A DNA stretch of 64,000 nucleotides, taken from assembly GCA_041288095.1 (NCBI GenBank), contig JBGGMJ010000212.1, positions 1 through 64,000 of the forward strand, given 5' to 3'. The translations under genes were made by a program, and so were the position numbers. Shown here in pieces: positions 29,161 through 39,117 of the stretch; the stretch's first letter is position 1, and every line of letters begins with the position of its first letter. Origin of the DNA: Myxococcota bacterium (lineage in GTDB: Bacteria > Myxococcota > XYA12-FULL-58-9 > JALHOP01). The notes below the pieces were generated by a model. The model saw nothing but the letters and a program-made list of their open reading frames with translations, had not been told where the DNA came from and made no database searches.

Positions 29161-29814
29161 GTGCGTCACATCTTGCTGGTCATCGCGTACATTTCGCTCG
29201 CCGCCTGCGACAGCGCCTACTACGGATTCTGGGACAAGCTCGGCGTCCAGAAGCGCGACATCATGGTCAAGCGTGTCGAGTCCGCCCGCGACGCCGAGAA
29301 GGACGCGCAGGAGCAGTTCAAGAGCGCGCTCGATCACTTCCGCGCGGTCGTGAACATCGAGGGTGGCGAGCTCGAGAAGCGCTACGACGCGCTGCAAGGC
29401 CAATACGACAAAAGCGAAGAGCGCGCCAAAGCGGTCACCAAGCGCGTCGACGACGTGCACAACGTCGCCGAGGACCTGTTCAAGGAGTGGCAGGACGAGC
29501 TCGGCCAGTACCAAAGCGGCGAGCTAAGGGCCGCGAGCGCCAAACAGATGAAGGCGACGCGCCAGCGCTACGACGTCTTCATGAAGCAGATGCGCGAAGC
29601 CGAAAAAGTGATGCACCCCGTGCTCGCCAAGTTCCACGACCAGGTGCTGTTCCTGAAGCACAACCTGAACGCTCAAGCGGTCGGGTCGCTCAGGAACGAG
29701 CATCAGCGCATCGAGACCGACGTCGCCAAGCTCATCGAAGAGATGGAGGCGGCCATCAAGCACGCCGACGGGTTCGTGGAGACCTTGAAGGCGGACAGCC
29801 CGCCGAACGCCTAG
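29161..29814 (+). CDS. DUF2959 family lipoprotein
   Basis: LAAC-DSAYY..W.KLGVQKRDIMV; DQVLFLKHNLNAQAV. Confidence 0.9.
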   Translation: MRHILLVIAYISLAACDSAYYGFWDKLGVQKRDIMVKRVESARDAEKDAQEQFKSALDHFRAVVNIEGGELEKRYDALQGQYDKSEERAKAVTKRVDDVHNVAEDLFKEWQDELGQYQSGELRAASAKQMKATRQRYDVFMKQMREAEKVMHPVLAKFHDQVLFLKHNLNAQAVGSLRNEHQRIETDVAKLIEEMEAAIKHADGFVETLKADSPPNA

Positions 29815-29829
29815 CCCAATGCGCGCGCC

Positions 29830-30297
29830 TCAGCGCCCCGCGCCCGACAGATCGATCTTGAGAACGTCGCTCGCGAACTTGCCCATGCGGGCAACGACCT
29901 TGTCCATGGCGGGCTTGGCGCTCTTGCCGAGACGGTTTGCTTCCTCTTCGAGCTTCTCGCGACAGCTCAGGTCGTAACAGACGTGGACGCCGGCGAGCTT
30001 CTTGGCGTTCACCTTGGCGGTGAGCATCCCGGCTCGCACCGACGGGCCGGCGCTGTGGCACCAGTCGCACATGTTGGGGACCTGGGGCCCCGCGCCGTTC
30101 GTGGCGAAGACGATGCCGGTAGGAGCGTCCCCCGCCGCCGCGAACACCAGGAAGACCTTGCCACCCGAAGGGTGCACCCAGGCCGTATAGCCGCGCACGA
30201 TCAGCGGAAAAGCCATGCCGGAGGCGAGCTCCACCTGCGACCTGTCCTTGGGACGGAAGGCCGCGAGCAAGTCGTCCTCGGAGTCCAACTTGAACAT
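29830..30297 (-). CDS. FBP C-terminal (FusB-like treble-clef zinc finger) domain protein
   Basis: YTAWVHP, MCDWCH, GVHVCYDLSC. Confidence 0.8.
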   Translation of the reverse strand: MFKLDSEDDLLAAFRPKDRSQVELASGMAFPLIVRGYTAWVHPSGGKVFLVFAAAGDAPTGIVFATNGAGPQVPNMCDWCHSAGPSVRAGMLTAKVNAKKLAGVHVCYDLSCREKLEEEANRLGKSAKPAMDKVVARMGKFASDVLKIDLSGAGR

Positions 30298-30344
30298 GTC
30301 TCTATCGTGTCATTTGGCGGCGCGCCTCGCCAGCGAGCGTTGGG

Positions 30345-30878
30345 TCAGCGCGATTTCTTGCCGCCGCTCGGCTTGGCGAGGCCGGCGAGACCGGCCTGCA
30401 GAGCGTCGGGGGCGCCGGTCAGGCTCTTCTGATCCATGTCCTTGATCTTCGGAAGCGGCCGTCCGGTTTTGCGGACGACTTCCTCGCGCCGCGTCTCGCT
30501 GACACGCGCATAGTGCGATTGGACGACCACCGCCGAGCTGCGCGAGTCCTCGGCGGCCATGCGCACGAGCTCGAGGCCCTTCTTGGTCGCCTCGTCCATG
30601 GCTTCGGCGTCGCCTTGGTTCGGCACCAGCTTCTCGAGCACCGTGGCGAGCGTCCCCCACTGACCGCTGCGGATGACGCGCGCGAGCTGCGACGGCACCT
30701 GTTTGAGCACGGCCAAGTCGTTGACCCGGCCCTTGACGCCGGTGACGCCCTGCCAAGCACGGATGGCTCTTCGGCCGAGCTCGCGCGGCAGGCCCTCGCC
30801 GTCGATGATCTCTTGCAGCGCCTCGAGGTCTTCCTCGCTCAGAGGCGGCGGCGCTTTTGGATTGGCGGGTGTCTTCAC
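30345..30878 (-). CDS. Hypothetical helical protein
   Basis: Plausible composition, co-oriented with neighbours. Confidence 0.55.
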   Translation of the reverse strand: MKTPANPKAPPPLSEEDLEALQEIIDGEGLPRELGRRAIRAWQGVTGVKGRVNDLAVLKQVPSQLARVIRSGQWGTLATVLEKLVPNQGDAEAMDEATKKGLELVRMAAEDSRSSAVVVQSHYARVSETRREEVVRKTGRPLPKIKDMDQKSLTGAPDALQAGLAGLAKPSGGKKSR

Positions 30879-30896
30879 CAGGGCAACGACCCTAGC

Positions 30897-33800
30897 TCAA
30901 TCCAGGCGGTAGTGGAACGTCACTCCCACCGCGTCGGTCGTCAGGCTCGCTCCCGCGGTGCTTTGCCCATTGGTGGCCCTAGGGGTGATGGCCGCGGTGA
31001 TGCGTCGCTCGGCGCCAACCTGGAGGCGATCGAGCCGCCCGTTGACCCCGAAGGTCGCCGCCGACACCGTCGCTCGCCAGTGGCCCGGCGCGACCATCGT
31101 CGCCTGGACGTCGGTCCACCTGTCGACGTTCCACACCCAGGTGGTCACGTCGGTCACGGCCACTCCGTGGTCGTCGCTCGTGGCGGTGCCGTACCAATCG
31201 AGGTCGAAGTCGGCCAGCGAAAAGCCCGCGGTCTCGATGCTCTCGCCGATCGGCATGGAGAGGATGTGCGCCGGCCGATCGGCGGCACCCGAGTAAGTGA
31301 CGGTGTAGGAGCCGTCACCGGGGAGGATGACGGTCTGCGCCAAGCCATCGTCGTAACCCGCGACCAGGCCAGCGAGCGGTTGCACCGCCGGCATGGGCTC
31401 GCTAGGCAGCGACAACGGCGGCTGCGCCTGCCAGCCCGCGGCCCCATGATATTGGAACGTGGTGCGCGGCGTGAGGCTCCCCATCGAGCCAGGCGTGCCA
31501 CCACCGACCCAGCTGAAGGCGTTGCGGTGGCTGTCGAAGATGGCCGCCGAATAGACGATGAAGCTGGTGCCCGGCAAGGCGTCGCTCAGCGTGAAACCAC
31601 CACCGCTAAAGCGGTGCAGGAACGCCGGCGACAGTGGCGTCGTGCTACCGACGATGCTGTAGAGCTCACCTGGCGCGCCGCCGTAGACCATGACGCTGCC
31701 GATGTGCGAGCCGCAGCTCGCGCAGACCGAGGTCCACGAGGTGCCGTTGAAACGCCACACGCCGAGGATGTCGGCGTTCGAGCCGTCACGACCTCCCGCG
31801 AAGGTAGCGTTCACGCCGTCGGAAGCGATGCTGTAAGACGAGGCGGGAAGAGGTAGACCGCACGACGCCGCGCCAACACATCGAAACTGCCAGCCGGCCG
31901 GCTCGAGAGTGCGCGTGCTGCTGCCGTCGAAGAACACCAGGCGAGCGCCCGCGGCGTAGCTCGAACGCACCAGGGCACCGACAGCGCCGACCGTCGGGTA
32001 ATCGGGCTCCGTCCACTCGACTCCGTTCCAGCGGACATCGCCATCGGCGCTCTCACCGAAGAGACTCGCGTGGACGGGATCGTAACCGAGCGCCACCAGG
32101 TCGCGCTGGCCGACACCGCGCCGCCGCCTCCAGGTTTGGCCGTCCCAATCCCATTGCGAGTCCGTCTCGGAAGGTGGTGTTCCTGGACCGCAGATGGGCT
32201 GGTGACCACCGAACATCGTGACCTGACGGCGGCGCGGGTCATACGCCATCCCGCGCAACATCGCGCCGGGCAGGCCCGACGGGTCGCTGCGCAACGTCCA
32301 GGCACTACCGTCCCAGGTCCAGGTGTCGAAGCGGAACGACGAGCTGCAGACGACCGCGGTGCCGCCATAGAGGACGACCTCGTCATGCGCTCCGTCGTAG
32401 GTCATCGAGGCCCCCGCGCGTGGCGGCGGCGTCGAGGCGCAGCCGACACAGCGACGGAGCCAACGCGTACCGTCCCACGACCAGGTCTGCGACTCCGTCG
32501 TGCTGGCCGTGAGCAGGAGCACTTCGTTCAGGTGTGGATCGAAAGTCGCCGTGGGCAAAATGCCGGGGTCCGGTCCGTTGCCGGCCACCGGATCGTTGCA
32601 CGCCGCGTCGGTGCACTTCGCGGTCCAGGCATTGCCGTCCCACTCCCACACGTAGAGCGCCTTGTCGGGCTCACTCGGCTCCACGACCTGACCACCAACG
32701 AGGACGACGACGCGGCGGTTGGGGTCGCTCGCCAAGGCGAAGCGCTGCCGCCGGCGCGGACTCGCGTCGACACAGGAGGTCGCGGTGCAAACACGTCGCC
32801 ACTGCGCGCCGTTCCACAGCCAGGTCCTGTTGTATTGGCCGGCCCCACCGAGGCCGCCGCCGTAGTACAGGATCGCATCGCTGGCGAGGTCATACGCGAG
32901 CCTTACACCGTTCATGTCGAGCGCCGGAGCCGGCGACGGATTGATGGTGCGCAAGCCGACGTTATCGAGCAGCGCCATCTCCCCGGTCAGCGCCACGAGC
33001 TGTCCGAGGCGGGGGTGCGTCGCCGCCGGTGGTTCGAGCGCGCTGACGGCCGGGGCCGCCGGGATGTCGCTGGTCAACCAGGTGAAGCCGCCGGTGGTCG
33101 CAACGACCGCCGCGTCGATGGTCGCGACATCGGCCCCATCGGCAGGCGAGTCGACGATATCGCCCAGCAGCGGGGGAAACGTGTCGGTGAGCGTGAAGGC
33201 GTTGGGGTTCCCCTCTTCGCCCGCGAAGGCGATGTCGAGCACGCCATCGCGGACACGGGAGACCTGCAAGCCCGCGGTCGAGACGTCGAGATCCGAGGCG
33301 TTCCCGGCATCATCGACCGCGGCGATATAAACACGTTGGCGGTCGAGGCTGCCGAGGTCGAGCGCAAACGCTCCTGTCGCATCGGCGGTGCCGACCGCCA
33401 AAGCGTACGACGAGAAGCGGCAGGTCGCGCTCGCGCAAGCGGGCAAGCTGGCCTGAGGATAGGCAACGACGCGCGCGCCGGCTTCGACACCGGAGGCGAC
33501 ACCGACCACCGCGGTCGAGGGCAGCGCCGGCGTCGTCGACACCCTGGCCCACGGAGCGCGCCTAAGGCTGATGACGCCGGGCTGGTCGACCGCCGGAGGC
33601 GCCGGCGGCACGCTGTCGATCACGAAGCCGCGCGGGGTCGCATCACCGGCGAGAGCGAGGGTCACGTCCGAGACGTTACCGGCCGCGTCGGTGAGCGTGG
33701 CGATGACGTCGTAGGTGCCGTCGACGAGATCGCCGGCGACCCAGACGCGATCGAACGCGAAGACGGTCGCTGACAGTTGCTCCATTGGCAAAGTCAGCGC

Positions 33801-34433
33801 GCTGCCAAATGCCAAGGTGGGCGCTTGCGGCAAGCGCTCGTCGACCGCGAAGCTCACCTGGACGCGCGTGCCGCCGCTGATGGCGCTCACCTCCGCGAGG
33901 GGATTGGTGGCGCGGTCGGGCGTGAGCTCGAGCAGCGTGCTGCCGTCGATGATCGTCGCCGGTGTGAAATCGATGACGATGCTGGGCAGGATGACGGTGT
34001 TGGTGTTGCCGACGAGGTCGAGGATCTCGGCCGTGGTCGTCTGCGCGCCCTCGGTTTCGTCGCCAGCGGTGGTGTACGCGAAAACGTACAAAGGGGTATC
34101 AGCAGCGGTCGCCGCGACCCGCGTGAAGGCGCGCACCGCGCCGTTGCTCGTGAACCTGACCACCGGGTCGATGAGCAATGGCTCGCTCACCGTCATCGTC
34201 AGGGTGATCGTGCGCCCCGCCCCCACGGCATCGGCATCGTATGCGGCGTCGACGACCACGGGCGCGGTGGAGTCGTCGCTCGACGACGGCACGCAGAGCC
34301 TTGCGTTGTTGCAGTGGAAGCCGTCCGGACAGGCGCCGTTCTCGCAGGTCACGAGGACGTTCTCGGGCAACGCCAGGTCGACCGAGCAAGCGCAGAGCAA
34401 TACGGCAGCGACGAGGACGACGCGGCGGGCCAT
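30897..34433 (-). CDS. Large surface lipoprotein with Ig-like domains and Kelch-type repeats
   Basis: MARRVVLVAAVLLCAC lipobox; DAAGN Ig motifs; repeated YD....LYGG....TWxWDG..W. Confidence 0.8.
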   Translation of the reverse strand: MARRVVLVAAVLLCACSVDLALPENVLVTCENGACPDGFHCNNARLCVPSSSDDSTAPVVVDAAYDADAVGAGRTITLTMTVSEPLLIDPVVRFTSNGAVRAFTRVAATAADTPLYVFAYTTAGDETEGAQTTTAEILDLVGNTNTVILPSIVIDFTPATIIDGSTLLELTPDRATNPLAEVSAISGGTRVQVSFAVDERLPQAPTLAFGSALTLPMEQLSATVFAFDRVWVAGDLVDGTYDVIATLTDAAGNVSDVTLALAGDATPRGFVIDSVPPAPPAVDQPGVISLRRAPWARVSTTPALPSTAVVGVASGVEAGARVVAYPQASLPACASATCRFSSYALAVGTADATGAFALDLGSLDRQRVYIAAVDDAGNASDLDVSTAGLQVSRVRDGVLDIAFAGEEGNPNAFTLTDTFPPLLGDIVDSPADGADVATIDAAVVATTGGFTWLTSDIPAAPAVSALEPPAATHPRLGQLVALTGEMALLDNVGLRTINPSPAPALDMNGVRLAYDLASDAILYYGGGLGGAGQYNRTWLWNGAQWRRVCTATSCVDASPRRRQRFALASDPNRRVVVLVGGQVVEPSEPDKALYVWEWDGNAWTAKCTDAACNDPVAGNGPDPGILPTATFDPHLNEVLLLTASTTESQTWSWDGTRWLRRCVGCASTPPPRAGASMTYDGAHDEVVLYGGTAVVCSSSFRFDTWTWDGSAWTLRSDPSGLPGAMLRGMAYDPRRRQVTMFGGHQPICGPGTPPSETDSQWDWDGQTWRRRRGVGQRDLVALGYDPVHASLFGESADGDVRWNGVEWTEPDYPTVGAVGALVRSSYAAGARLVFFDGSSTRTLEPAGWQFRCVGAASCGLPLPASSYSIASDGVNATFAGGRDGSNADILGVWRFNGTSWTSVCASCGSHIGSVMVYGGAPGELYSIVGSTTPLSPAFLHRFSGGGFTLSDALPGTSFIVYSAAIFDSHRNAFSWVGGGTPGSMGSLTPRTTFQYHGAAGWQAQPPLSLPSEPMPAVQPLAGLVAGYDDGLAQTVILPGDGSYTVTYSGAADRPAHILSMPIGESIETAGFSLADFDLDWYGTATSDDHGVAVTDVTTWVWNVDRWTDVQATMVAPGHWRATVSAATFGVNGRLDRLQVGAERRITAAITPRATNGQSTAGASLTTDAVGVTFHYRLD

Positions 34434-34469
34434 GGGGTCCCGCGAGTCTACCCGACACCCGCGATGGAA

Positions 34470-34497
34470 GCGACGCGCTCTCACCAGGAGCCGATAA
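34470..34497 (+). promoter_or_regulatory. sigma28-like promoter GCGAC-N15-GCCGATAA
   Basis: Perfect -10 box 9 nt before ATG 34507. Confidence 0.7.
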
Positions 34498-34506
34498 GGG
34501 CCCGCT

Positions 34507-35916
34507 ATGAAAGTCTGGCTGGGCCCTACCCCCACCTCATTCCGCGCCCAAAGCCCGGCGAACGCACGTCCCGCCGAGCCATCGATCCGGCGTCAATCCG
34601 CGCGCGCGTGGCCTGATGGGCCGACGAAGCCGGCTCAGGCCTTTGCACGCCGCCGGCCTGACGGGGCGAGCTACCTCGACGCCGCCAAAGTCGCCGAGCT
34701 CTTCGGCGAGCTGGCGCCGCGTCTACCGGCGGAGCTCGCGAAGTCTCTCGAAACACCGCGTATCGATCCACGTTGGTGGGCATGTCCGGCGCCGAAGACC
34801 ATCGCCACGGTCATAGGCACGGACGCATTCAGCAGCGGCAAGTCGCCGTGGCTCCTCGCCTCGCGGGCGGCGTTACCCGAGGGATTGCCGGACGACCTGC
34901 GGAGCTACCTCACCCCCGTGCCCGAGGGGCAGCATTGGCGGTCGGGTTACTTTCCCGTTTTAGCGGACGGGAGGCAAAGCATGGGCGCCTTCGTCGCGCT
35001 CCTGCCGCCGAGCTTCGACGCGGCGAACCCCGCGAAGTCGATCGAGCGTATCGTGCTCACCATCGGCAGCGGCGACAACCGCGCACGCAGCGCCCTCGGT
35101 GAGCTTGCCGGCTACGCGGCGCCCGGCACCCTCTTCGTCTCGGTCGATATGCAGGCGCTCTCGGTCGGCATGAAGTCCCCCGAGAGCCCAGGTCAGATCG
35201 CCTTGCAGCAAGGCGTCGCCTACGTGCGACGCACCTTGGGTCTTACGGACGCGGTCCCGCAGTACCTCGCCGGCTTCTCGGCGGGCGGCGCCGCCGCCTT
35301 GGTCCAAGCCTTCCAGAGCTTCCCTGGCCTCAAGGGCGCCGCCGCCCTCGCGCCGGTGATCATGCAGTGGAACGTTCACACGCGAAAGTCGCCGGTGCCC
35401 GTGACCATCCCCGAGGAAGCGCCCGGCGATCACTTTGCCCGCACCGCCGCGAACGGCCAGCCGGCAATCGAACGCACCTTCACGGTCGCGAGCAATGTCG
35501 TTCGCGCTTACACCAGCGAAGAAGACTTCGCGGAGCTCAGCCCACAGCGTCATCTCGCGCGTGGCGAGATGCCGAAGGTGCCGCTCCTCATCACCGGCGG
35601 CACCGCCGACCTCATCGCCCAGCCGGTGGTGTCCTCCGCCGCGGAGCTTGCTTCGTTCAACAAGGGGCTCACGATTCCCGTGGTCTTTGGTCCCTCCGAC
35701 GACCAGGCCGGCCGCGTCATCAACATCGAAGGTTTCGCGCGCGCCTTGAGCACACAACCAGGCGTCGCGGTGGTCACGTTGCGCGATGTCGGCCACCAGA
35801 TCGCGGCGCCCGTGAAGCGCCCAGACGGCGCCAGCTGGAACATGGATATGCGCGACCTGATGCTGCGCTTCTTCAAAGGCCTCGAGGCCGCGCGAAGCAA
35901 CACCAGCACCGTATAG
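34507..35916 (+). CDS. Alpha/beta hydrolase with N-terminal extension, no signal peptide
   Basis: GFSAGG nucleophile elbow, GGTAD, DVGH. Confidence 0.75.
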   Translation: MKVWLGPTPTSFRAQSPANARPAEPSIRRQSARAWPDGPTKPAQAFARRRPDGASYLDAAKVAELFGELAPRLPAELAKSLETPRIDPRWWACPAPKTIATVIGTDAFSSGKSPWLLASRAALPEGLPDDLRSYLTPVPEGQHWRSGYFPVLADGRQSMGAFVALLPPSFDAANPAKSIERIVLTIGSGDNRARSALGELAGYAAPGTLFVSVDMQALSVGMKSPESPGQIALQQGVAYVRRTLGLTDAVPQYLAGFSAGGAAALVQAFQSFPGLKGAAALAPVIMQWNVHTRKSPVPVTIPEEAPGDHFARTAANGQPAIERTFTVASNVVRAYTSEEDFAELSPQRHLARGEMPKVPLLITGGTADLIAQPVVSSAAELASFNKGLTIPVVFGPSDDQAGRVINIEGFARALSTQPGVAVVTLRDVGHQIAAPVKRPDGASWNMDMRDLMLRFFKGLEAARSNTSTV

Positions 35917-35923
35917 CCGATAC
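35897..35923 (+). promoter_or_regulatory. sigma28-like promoter GCAAC-N14-GCCGATAC
   Basis: Overlaps the stop of the previous gene; 30 nt before ATG 35954. Confidence 0.75.
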
Positions 35924-35953
35924 ACGGGACCCACCCTCTCTGGGCCCCAATCC

Positions 35954-37618
35954 ATGACATCCACCACCGATTCGACTCGCCGCGGCACCGGCGTTCGAGG
36001 CACTCCCTCGGGCGCAGCCCCCGTTCCCACCAAGCAACCCGACCCGAAGAGCATCACTCCGATGCAAGCCGGCAAGGGCTTCAGGGTGGTCTCGGACCCC
36101 TCGACCTGGTTGCCCGTCAAAACGGACATCCTCGACAGCAAGGGCGAGGTCGTCGGCCACCGCCAGATCCGTGACCGCTCGCTGCTCGGCCGAGAAGCCG
36201 GCTTCGACCGCATCATCGATTTCGCGCCGGGCACGCCGGTGCAGCGCATCTACCTCGACGAGACCCCACGCACCGACGCCATCGAGACGCCGAGCTGGCC
36301 GGGCTCCGAGGTCCGGACACTGGTCGCGCAAGGCCCGTCGAAGAACCGCATCGATCTAACCATCGTCGGCGACGGCTACACCGAAGCCGAGAAGGACAAG
36401 TTCTTCCTCGACGCCAAGCGCATCACCGAGGAGCTCTTCGGCCACGACACCTTCAAGTCGTACTTGCCACTGTTCAACGTCCACGCCGTATTCGTGCCCT
36501 CGAAACAGAGCGGCATCGGCGACGGACGCTCGAAAGACACCGCGCTCGGCTGCTACCGCCATCCGCAGCATCGCCAGGCGGTCATGCCCGGCAACTCGTC
36601 CGCCGCGAAGCGCGCCACGCAGCTGGCGCCCGACGTCGACTATCCGATCATCGTCGCCAACGATAAGTTCTACGGCGGCCTCGGCGGCACCTTCGCAGTC
36701 ACGACCTCGGCGCCGCTCAACATCACGACGGTGTTGCGTCACGAGCTGGGGCACAACTTCGGCCGCGTCGGTGAAGAGTACGACGGCGGCCAGGTTTATG
36801 ACGGCGCGAACCACAGCTCGTCGTCGTCGAACGTGCCGTGGCAGCACTTCGTCAAAGGCCAGACACCGGTGCACAGCGCCAAGCTCCTGCACATCTCGGC
36901 CCCCTGGAAGAACCTCGGCGGCGGCGAGTGGCAGACCAGCGTCACCGTGCCGGACAACGCCAAGAGCACGCTGCTCGACTTCTCGAGCTTGGGCTTCGAC
37001 AAGAAGGAAGACGTCGAGCTCCTCGTCGACGGCAAGTCAGTGCCCTACGACGGCAAGTTCAACTACGACCGCAACTTCTACAAGGTGAAGCTCGAGCTCG
37101 CGCCCGGCCGCCACACCATCACGTTCAAGGACCGGGCTGGCGACGGCAACAACATCCTGTCGCGCCTCGCGGTGTACGGCTTGCCGGAGACCTTCCCGAG
37201 CGACCGCGCCACCGTCGGCGCCTTCCAGAGCTATCGCGAAGGCGGCGGCAGCGGCGGCTTCCGTCCCACCGAGTCGGATTGCTTGATGCGCGACATGCAG
37301 CTCACGCATTTCTGCCCGGCCTGCCAGGAGAACATGTGGCGTAACTTCCTGAAGGAAGTGAGCCTCATCGACGGCGTCGAACGCAATAACGGAATGGTGA
37401 CCGCGAAGCTCGTGCCTTTGGGTGACGAGCGCTTGAAGGTCGAGTGGATCGATCCGACCGGAAAGTCACGGCCGGAGCTCGCGGGCAAACGCGAGTGGCA
37501 GCCGGTGGCAGGCGACGTCGGCAAGTGGAAGCTGCAGGTGCGGTTCGTGTCCGAGGAAGTGAAAGATCCGAAGCAGGCTGCTTGGACCGTTCACGAGGCG
37601 CCGTTCGAGATCGCGTAG
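35954..37618 (+). CDS. M64 (IgA-peptidase-like) metallopeptidase, no signal peptide
   Basis: NRIDLTIVGDGYT, HELGHNFGRVGEEY, CLMR...FCPAC. Confidence 0.9.
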   Translation: MTSTTDSTRRGTGVRGTPSGAAPVPTKQPDPKSITPMQAGKGFRVVSDPSTWLPVKTDILDSKGEVVGHRQIRDRSLLGREAGFDRIIDFAPGTPVQRIYLDETPRTDAIETPSWPGSEVRTLVAQGPSKNRIDLTIVGDGYTEAEKDKFFLDAKRITEELFGHDTFKSYLPLFNVHAVFVPSKQSGIGDGRSKDTALGCYRHPQHRQAVMPGNSSAAKRATQLAPDVDYPIIVANDKFYGGLGGTFAVTTSAPLNITTVLRHELGHNFGRVGEEYDGGQVYDGANHSSSSSNVPWQHFVKGQTPVHSAKLLHISAPWKNLGGGEWQTSVTVPDNAKSTLLDFSSLGFDKKEDVELLVDGKSVPYDGKFNYDRNFYKVKLELAPGRHTITFKDRAGDGNNILSRLAVYGLPETFPSDRATVGAFQSYREGGGSGGFRPTESDCLMRDMQLTHFCPACQENMWRNFLKEVSLIDGVERNNGMVTAKLVPLGDERLKVEWIDPTGKSRPELAGKREWQPVAGDVGKWKLQVRFVSEEVKDPKQAAWTVHEAPFEIA

Positions 37619-37619
37619 A

Positions 37620-38480
37620 CTAGACGGCGGGTGGCGGATCGGGATCGAGGTGCCGCGCTCGCGCCTCCTTCGCCTTCTCGACTAGCTTCAAATGGTACTG
37701 GTGCTGAATCGCCAGCGACACGCCCACTAGCGCCGCGTTCGCCAGCGTGCCCGCGACCGGAAACACGATGCGGGCAAAATCCGAAACCGTATGCGCGACA
37801 GCGACCAGCTTCATCGAAGCTGGCGTCGTCTTGCTCGCCAGCACTTTCTCCATCCACCGCAATGACGATAGCGCGATCAACCCACCCACGACCGGGATCG
37901 CGTACGAGCATCCGAGCACGATGTACTGAGCCACCTGCCCCGTGACGCCGGTGCCCATCATCCCGGCGATCGCCGCCGCGGTCCCGCTGCCGACGAGGAA
38001 CACCAAGTCCGACGCGTGAACCTTCGCCTCGACCGTGTACGAAACCGCTTCGTGCGCCTTGCGGTCGACGGCATCCCCGGTAGCCGCAAGCCCAAAGAGC
38101 CGCAGATCGATCGGCAGGCCGCCCCCGGTCACCCGCGTGTTCAACGCCGGCCCCTGGAGCTCGATGCGCAGCCACTTCAGCAGCCACCTGCGCCACAAGA
38201 CGCTCTCGAGGTTCGTATTGCCGTCGAAGTCGACGACCTGAATCAGCTCGATGCCCGTGTTGGGGCGGATGGTGTGCAGCTCGGAAAATGTGATCCCGAC
38301 AGTCACTCCGCCAAGCCGGGCGCTGCCGTCCAAGAACGGCCTCTCGTGCGTTACCCGGCTCGATGAGAAAGGGCCCGGGGCGTGCTTGTGCGGCTGGACC
38401 AAGCCGACGAGCGAATCCATGCAAGCCGCGACCTTACGCTGGAACGCAGGGAAGATCGGGTCGCGCTTGGGGATAAGCAC
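37620..38480 (-). CDS. Hypothetical membrane protein
   Basis: Several hydrophobic segments in the C-terminal half. Confidence 0.55.
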   Translation of the reverse strand: MLIPKRDPIFPAFQRKVAACMDSLVGLVQPHKHAPGPFSSSRVTHERPFLDGSARLGGVTVGITFSELHTIRPNTGIELIQVVDFDGNTNLESVLWRRWLLKWLRIELQGPALNTRVTGGGLPIDLRLFGLAATGDAVDRKAHEAVSYTVEAKVHASDLVFLVGSGTAAAIAGMMGTGVTGQVAQYIVLGCSYAIPVVGGLIALSSLRWMEKVLASKTTPASMKLVAVAHTVSDFARIVFPVAGTLANAALVGVSLAIQHQYHLKLVEKAKEARARHLDPDPPPAV

Positions 38481-38541
38481 GATGTCGAGTATCCGCAGGA
38501 AAATATCGGGAGTTGCGTACGCCGCTACCGAACCCGCGGCA

Positions 38542-38994
38542 CTAGCCCTCCAACCAGGTAAACTCCGCCGTCCGCGCCATCGTCAGCCATTCCCGCTGCA
38601 GCTCCTCCGGTGGCACGCGGGGCTTACGCGCCGCCAGATCGAGCCACAAGATGACGCTCTCGACGACGGCGCAGACCGTCTTGTCGCTATCGCGCACGAT
38701 CGTGTTGCGAACGCGCATCTTGCGCGCATCACGCGTCGACGCCGCGAGCTCGATGCGGACCTCGAAAGGCTCGAGTAGCCGCAGCTCCTTCTTGTAGGTC
38801 AGCTTGTCCTCGACCACGACCGGCCCGAAGCCTTGCGCGCGGAAGGTGTCGATGGTGAAGCCGCGGTCCGCGAGAAACGACATGCGGCAGTCCTCGGCGG
38901 CTCCCAGATACGCGGCGTTGCGCATGTGCTGGTTGAAGTCCATGTCCGGCCAGCGGGCAAAGAGGCGCAAAGAGAATGGGTTCGCTTCACTCAT
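38542..38994 (-). CDS. Acyl-CoA thioesterase (4HBT hotdog)
   Basis: RWPDMDFNQHMRNAAY; start re-called. Confidence 0.9.
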   Translation of the reverse strand: MSEANPFSLRLFARWPDMDFNQHMRNAAYLGAAEDCRMSFLADRGFTIDTFRAQGFGPVVVEDKLTYKKELRLLEPFEVRIELAASTRDARKMRVRNTIVRDSDKTVCAVVESVILWLDLAARKPRVPPEELQREWLTMARTAEFTWLEG

Positions 38995-39068
38995 GCACCC
39001 GCATTTAGCAAACCCGTGGGGGGTCGAGCACGCCGCCGTGTCGGAGCGAGTCACCCGCGCCTTTTGAC

Positions 39069-39095
39069 GAAACTTTGGCGGGCCATAGCCGACGT
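39069..39095 (+). promoter_or_regulatory. sigma28-like promoter GAAACTTT-N11-GCCGACGT
   Basis: Correct spacing, degenerate -10; 22 nt before ATG 39118. Confidence 0.5.
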
Positions 39096-39117
39096 ACTCC
39101 GGCGAGGAGATCGCCCC

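Noticed and set aside
38503..38510. CCCGATAT upstream of the 38480 membrane gene
   Set aside because: Mismatched -10 and no -35 at the expected spacing; not counted, though not excluded.
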